This document shows, piece after piece, positions 29,153 through 32,000 of a stretch of 32,000 nucleotides of DNA. The stretch comes from Paramicrosporidium saccamoebae KSL3. Lineage: Eukaryota; Fungi; Cryptomycota. The notes beneath the pieces were generated by a model. That model was not told where the DNA came from, searched no databases, and saw only the letters and a list, made by a program, of their open reading frames with translations. The position numbers and the translations under genes are program-made. Position 1 is the first letter of the stretch; every line of letters begins with the position of its first letter. The stretch covers positions 1 to 32,000 of the forward strand of contig MTSL01000184.1 of the NCBI GenBank assembly GCA_002794465.1, given 5' to 3'.

Positions 29153-32000
29153 TCAAACATCAAAGGTGTCTGATTTCTCTTGTAGCGATAATCTCCGCAT
29201 ATCTGGCACTGCAACAGATGAATGTTCTTCTGACCTCCTCCGTCCCGTGTCCCAATGTTCTGTATCTGTCGCGCCTTGGTCTTGGTTATCTTTTGTGCTT
29301 TGGTCTTTATACTCGGCTGTGCTTTGATCATGGTGGCTTTTCATGTCATCTGCCATTTCATTTGTCGTGTCGCCCTGCGCTCTCTCTTCCACATCACTCC
29401 GAGCCGCCTCTACATCACTCCGAGTCGTCTTTACATCACCCCGAGCCGTCTCTATACCACCCCGAGTCGTCTCTCCCATCGTGACATTCTTTTTCGTTTC
29501 AACCGGCATCTTGGCCGTGGCCACGTGGATAATCGACTCTTTAAAGTTTGGCATCACCGGATCCAACAGTCTCCACGTCTCATCCCATAGTGTCGATTTT
29601 TCATCGGGACCCGACGGCCTTAGATAACCGGCTGCAGCCATTACCATCAGCATATTCTTAATGGTCTCAGGAATGGATTCCTTTAACAAATCACCGCGTC
29701 CTCGAAGAAAGGTCAACATGTGTGTCAGGAGAGTCGTCATTAGGGTGGTCGTAGTCATCAGTGTGGTCGTGGTGCCCTCATAATTACAATCAGCCTGTGG
29801 CTCTGCAAAGAGGACAGACAGATTGGACAACAAAATTCGCGTTACCACCGACGTTGATCGTACCTGCAATTCTTCCAACCCCTCCAAGGTGCGCAACTCT
29901 GGTCGTTGTAATTCTTCCAGTAGAGGGAACAAGACCAGTTGGAATTCTTCATACAATGTTTCCACACCTTGCATCCCAAAGTCCACCCCCAGAATAATCC
30001 TTTGCAGCAACGGCAGGGCCTGTTGACGGATCTCCCTAATCGGGTGGTAACATTGCTGTGCCACGGCACAATGCACCGGAATGATATAATCAGGCCACAC
30101 CCGATCCAGGGGGATGGTGTTGGAGACGGCAAGGCGTCTCACGTTGGCCTCTAACAGAGCAAATTTGCCAAGGGCCTGGCCAGCAAGTTCGACAGGCGAG
30201 GGCACAATGTCTCCAGAAGCCGACAATGGAGAAGAGGGCAGCGGAGCAGCAGTGGAAGAGGCCACAAAACCGCTCAGCAAATCAACATATTCAGAGTAAA
30301 ATTCGAGGGGGAAGAGCAAATCATTTTCGCGTACAATGGTGGTCAAAAGACCAAAGGAATAAGGTCCACAGGAACGAGAACGACCAGCCAGAGCGAGGAC
30401 TGTAAAGTAATGGGGCCAAATGGCAGTACCGTGGAGAATAGGCGGATCGAGTTCGACAATGCGCAGAACAATTGACAGTGCGGGTTCAGCGAGATGTTGG
30501 AAGGACTCGGGGGGCACATAACACAACAGTTGGAAGAACTGCACCACCTCCTTCTGCATCTCTGGTCGATCGGCAAAACGCAGCGATAGTCGTCCCAACC
30601 CGAGAATAACGTGTTCTCGGATAGCCACGGGAACGCTCAAATCTTTGGCCAACTCGGAGAAGCGCGTAAAAAGGACAGTCCAGAAGACGGACATGCGATC
30701 ACGATTAATCCAGGCGGTGTGTACCACCAGATCAACCAAAAACACCAACGTCTCCACTTCCCAACCCAATGGGCGTGTAACCACTAATTGTTCGGCCATG
30801 GCTGCAATCAACTGCTTCAAGGAGGCCTCTGGTAGGAAACGCGAGTCACGCAAAATCTCCTCCAACTTGCAGGTGCGCACAAACTCAGTGGCGCGATCGC
30901 GAGTCTCCACATCCACCCCCGACGCATCTCCTGGACTTGACACCAAATATTGAGATAGGGCTGAAAAGAGCCCCGACTCGTTACGATCGCTCCGGGGCGA
31001 ATTAGCTGTGGACCGAGATATCACCCCTGACAGACCGCCTGCCTCTACTTCAAATGTCGCCAATGTGACAATTGACGATTGTACCAACAACAACACGTGG
31101 CGTACAAAGGATCGCCAGGCCTCAGCCAGCTGGGAGCCATGGAGACGATACAGATCAAAGTAACATTTAACCAGCGTTCGGAATAGCTCAGATCGTGCCA
31201 AATATCGGGGTAACTGATTCCCTGCAGGATTTGATGCAATCTCGGAAAACGCCAAACATTCCACCAACACTGCAGAGAGCTCATCCAAATGCGTCGCATC
31301 CAGGAAGCGGCCCGACAAATTTCCCAGTTCAAATAGCCCCCTCACTGCCAATCGTGATCCCGTATCGCTCTTTGGCGATAAAATCACTAGTAATTAGCAT
31401 AAAACCCATAGTGTTACAGGAGCGGAAACAGGTCAGAAGTGGACCCCACAATAGTTTCATAACATCAGATACATAGCCGTCCAGTAGAAACACGGGCGGT
31501 ACTTCGGAAGAGGGATACTTTTTCAATTGCTCATTCCAGGTGTAATGAAAGGCCGTCTCGCCGGCTTGCTCTTCAGGTAGAACAATTTCTTTGCTTTGGA
31601 TAGCATGAAAAATGCGGCGCAGGAAAACTTCGTCAAAGCTGGCTCCGTCATTGATACCGCGATTGTTGCGGATAAAGTCGTCCACAGTCATCCGGTGTCG
31701 GACCTGCTTGTTGTGCTGATCCGTGTTCAACATGATAATGCTATAGGTAAGCACAAAGACTGCGTCTTCACTGCGAAAGATGGCGTCGGTTTGTGCGCGA
31801 TAGTACACCTGAGCCAGTGCCTCCATGATGCGACTGATCTGTTGTGACTCCCCAGGTAAACGGAAACTTTCCAACACCACCCGCAATGCCTCGTCAATTT
31901 GCAGTCCCGATAAATTAAAATCGGCCAGAAACTCGTTCAATAAATCCAAATTGGCTGGTTTGGAGACAATTTCACCAATGACGCGCTTGTCCAGTCCAGC
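29153..32000 (-). CDS. Large Sec7-domain ARF guanine-nucleotide exchange factor, GBF1/Gea1-2 type (5' part outside the window)
   Basis: Frame open to the edge (GLDKRVIGEIV). Catalytic FRLPGESQQISRIME and VLTYSIIMLNTDQHNKQV. 31-nt intron 31417-31387. HDS-type motifs LVVHTAWINRDRM and QCYHPIREIRQQALPLLQR. Confidence 0.9.
29388..29471 (-). repeat. Coding 21-bp repeat x4 (TTRGGIE/TARGDVK/TTRSDVE/AARSDVE) in the ARF-GEF tail
   Basis: Units start at 29388, 29409, 29430 and 29451. Confidence 0.85.

Overview
Gene-dense eukaryotic DNA with fungal-type proteins: about 21 protein-coding genes. By manual spliced reading I infer 16 tiny spliceosomal introns of 28-39 nt, plus one tentative. Several gene pairs are separated by only 13-27 bp. 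This architecture, together with a mitochondrial ATP-synthase inhibitor gene, suggests a genome-compacted early-diverging fungal relative (Rozellomycota or basal microsporidian type, e.g. Paramicrosporidium-like). That taxonomic call is inference, not a database result. Housekeeping genes recognised by motif: URI/Bud27-like prefoldin fragment, IF1, a CHD7/8/Kismet-type remodeller, LCB2, PRP43, a sterol esterase/lipase, a rhodanese, GND, DDI1, a degenerate septin, SEC18/NSF, a LOG-family enzyme, ESF1, a TMEM242/Aim11-like protein and a 5'-truncated GBF1/Gea ARF-GEF. The accessory content is two groups of genes I cannot assign to any family. One is four consecutive signal-peptide plus C-terminal-anchor genes at 269-3960, including a Ser-Gly repeat protein. 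The other is a tandem pair of paralogous secreted proteins with four shared Cys at 23837-26108. No rRNA, tRNA, transposon or CRISPR array is supported. The best candidates for new biology are the secreted paralog pair, the orphan surface-protein cluster, the degenerate septin, the DCG-type Ddi1 protease, and the ultra-short intergenic and mini-intron architecture.
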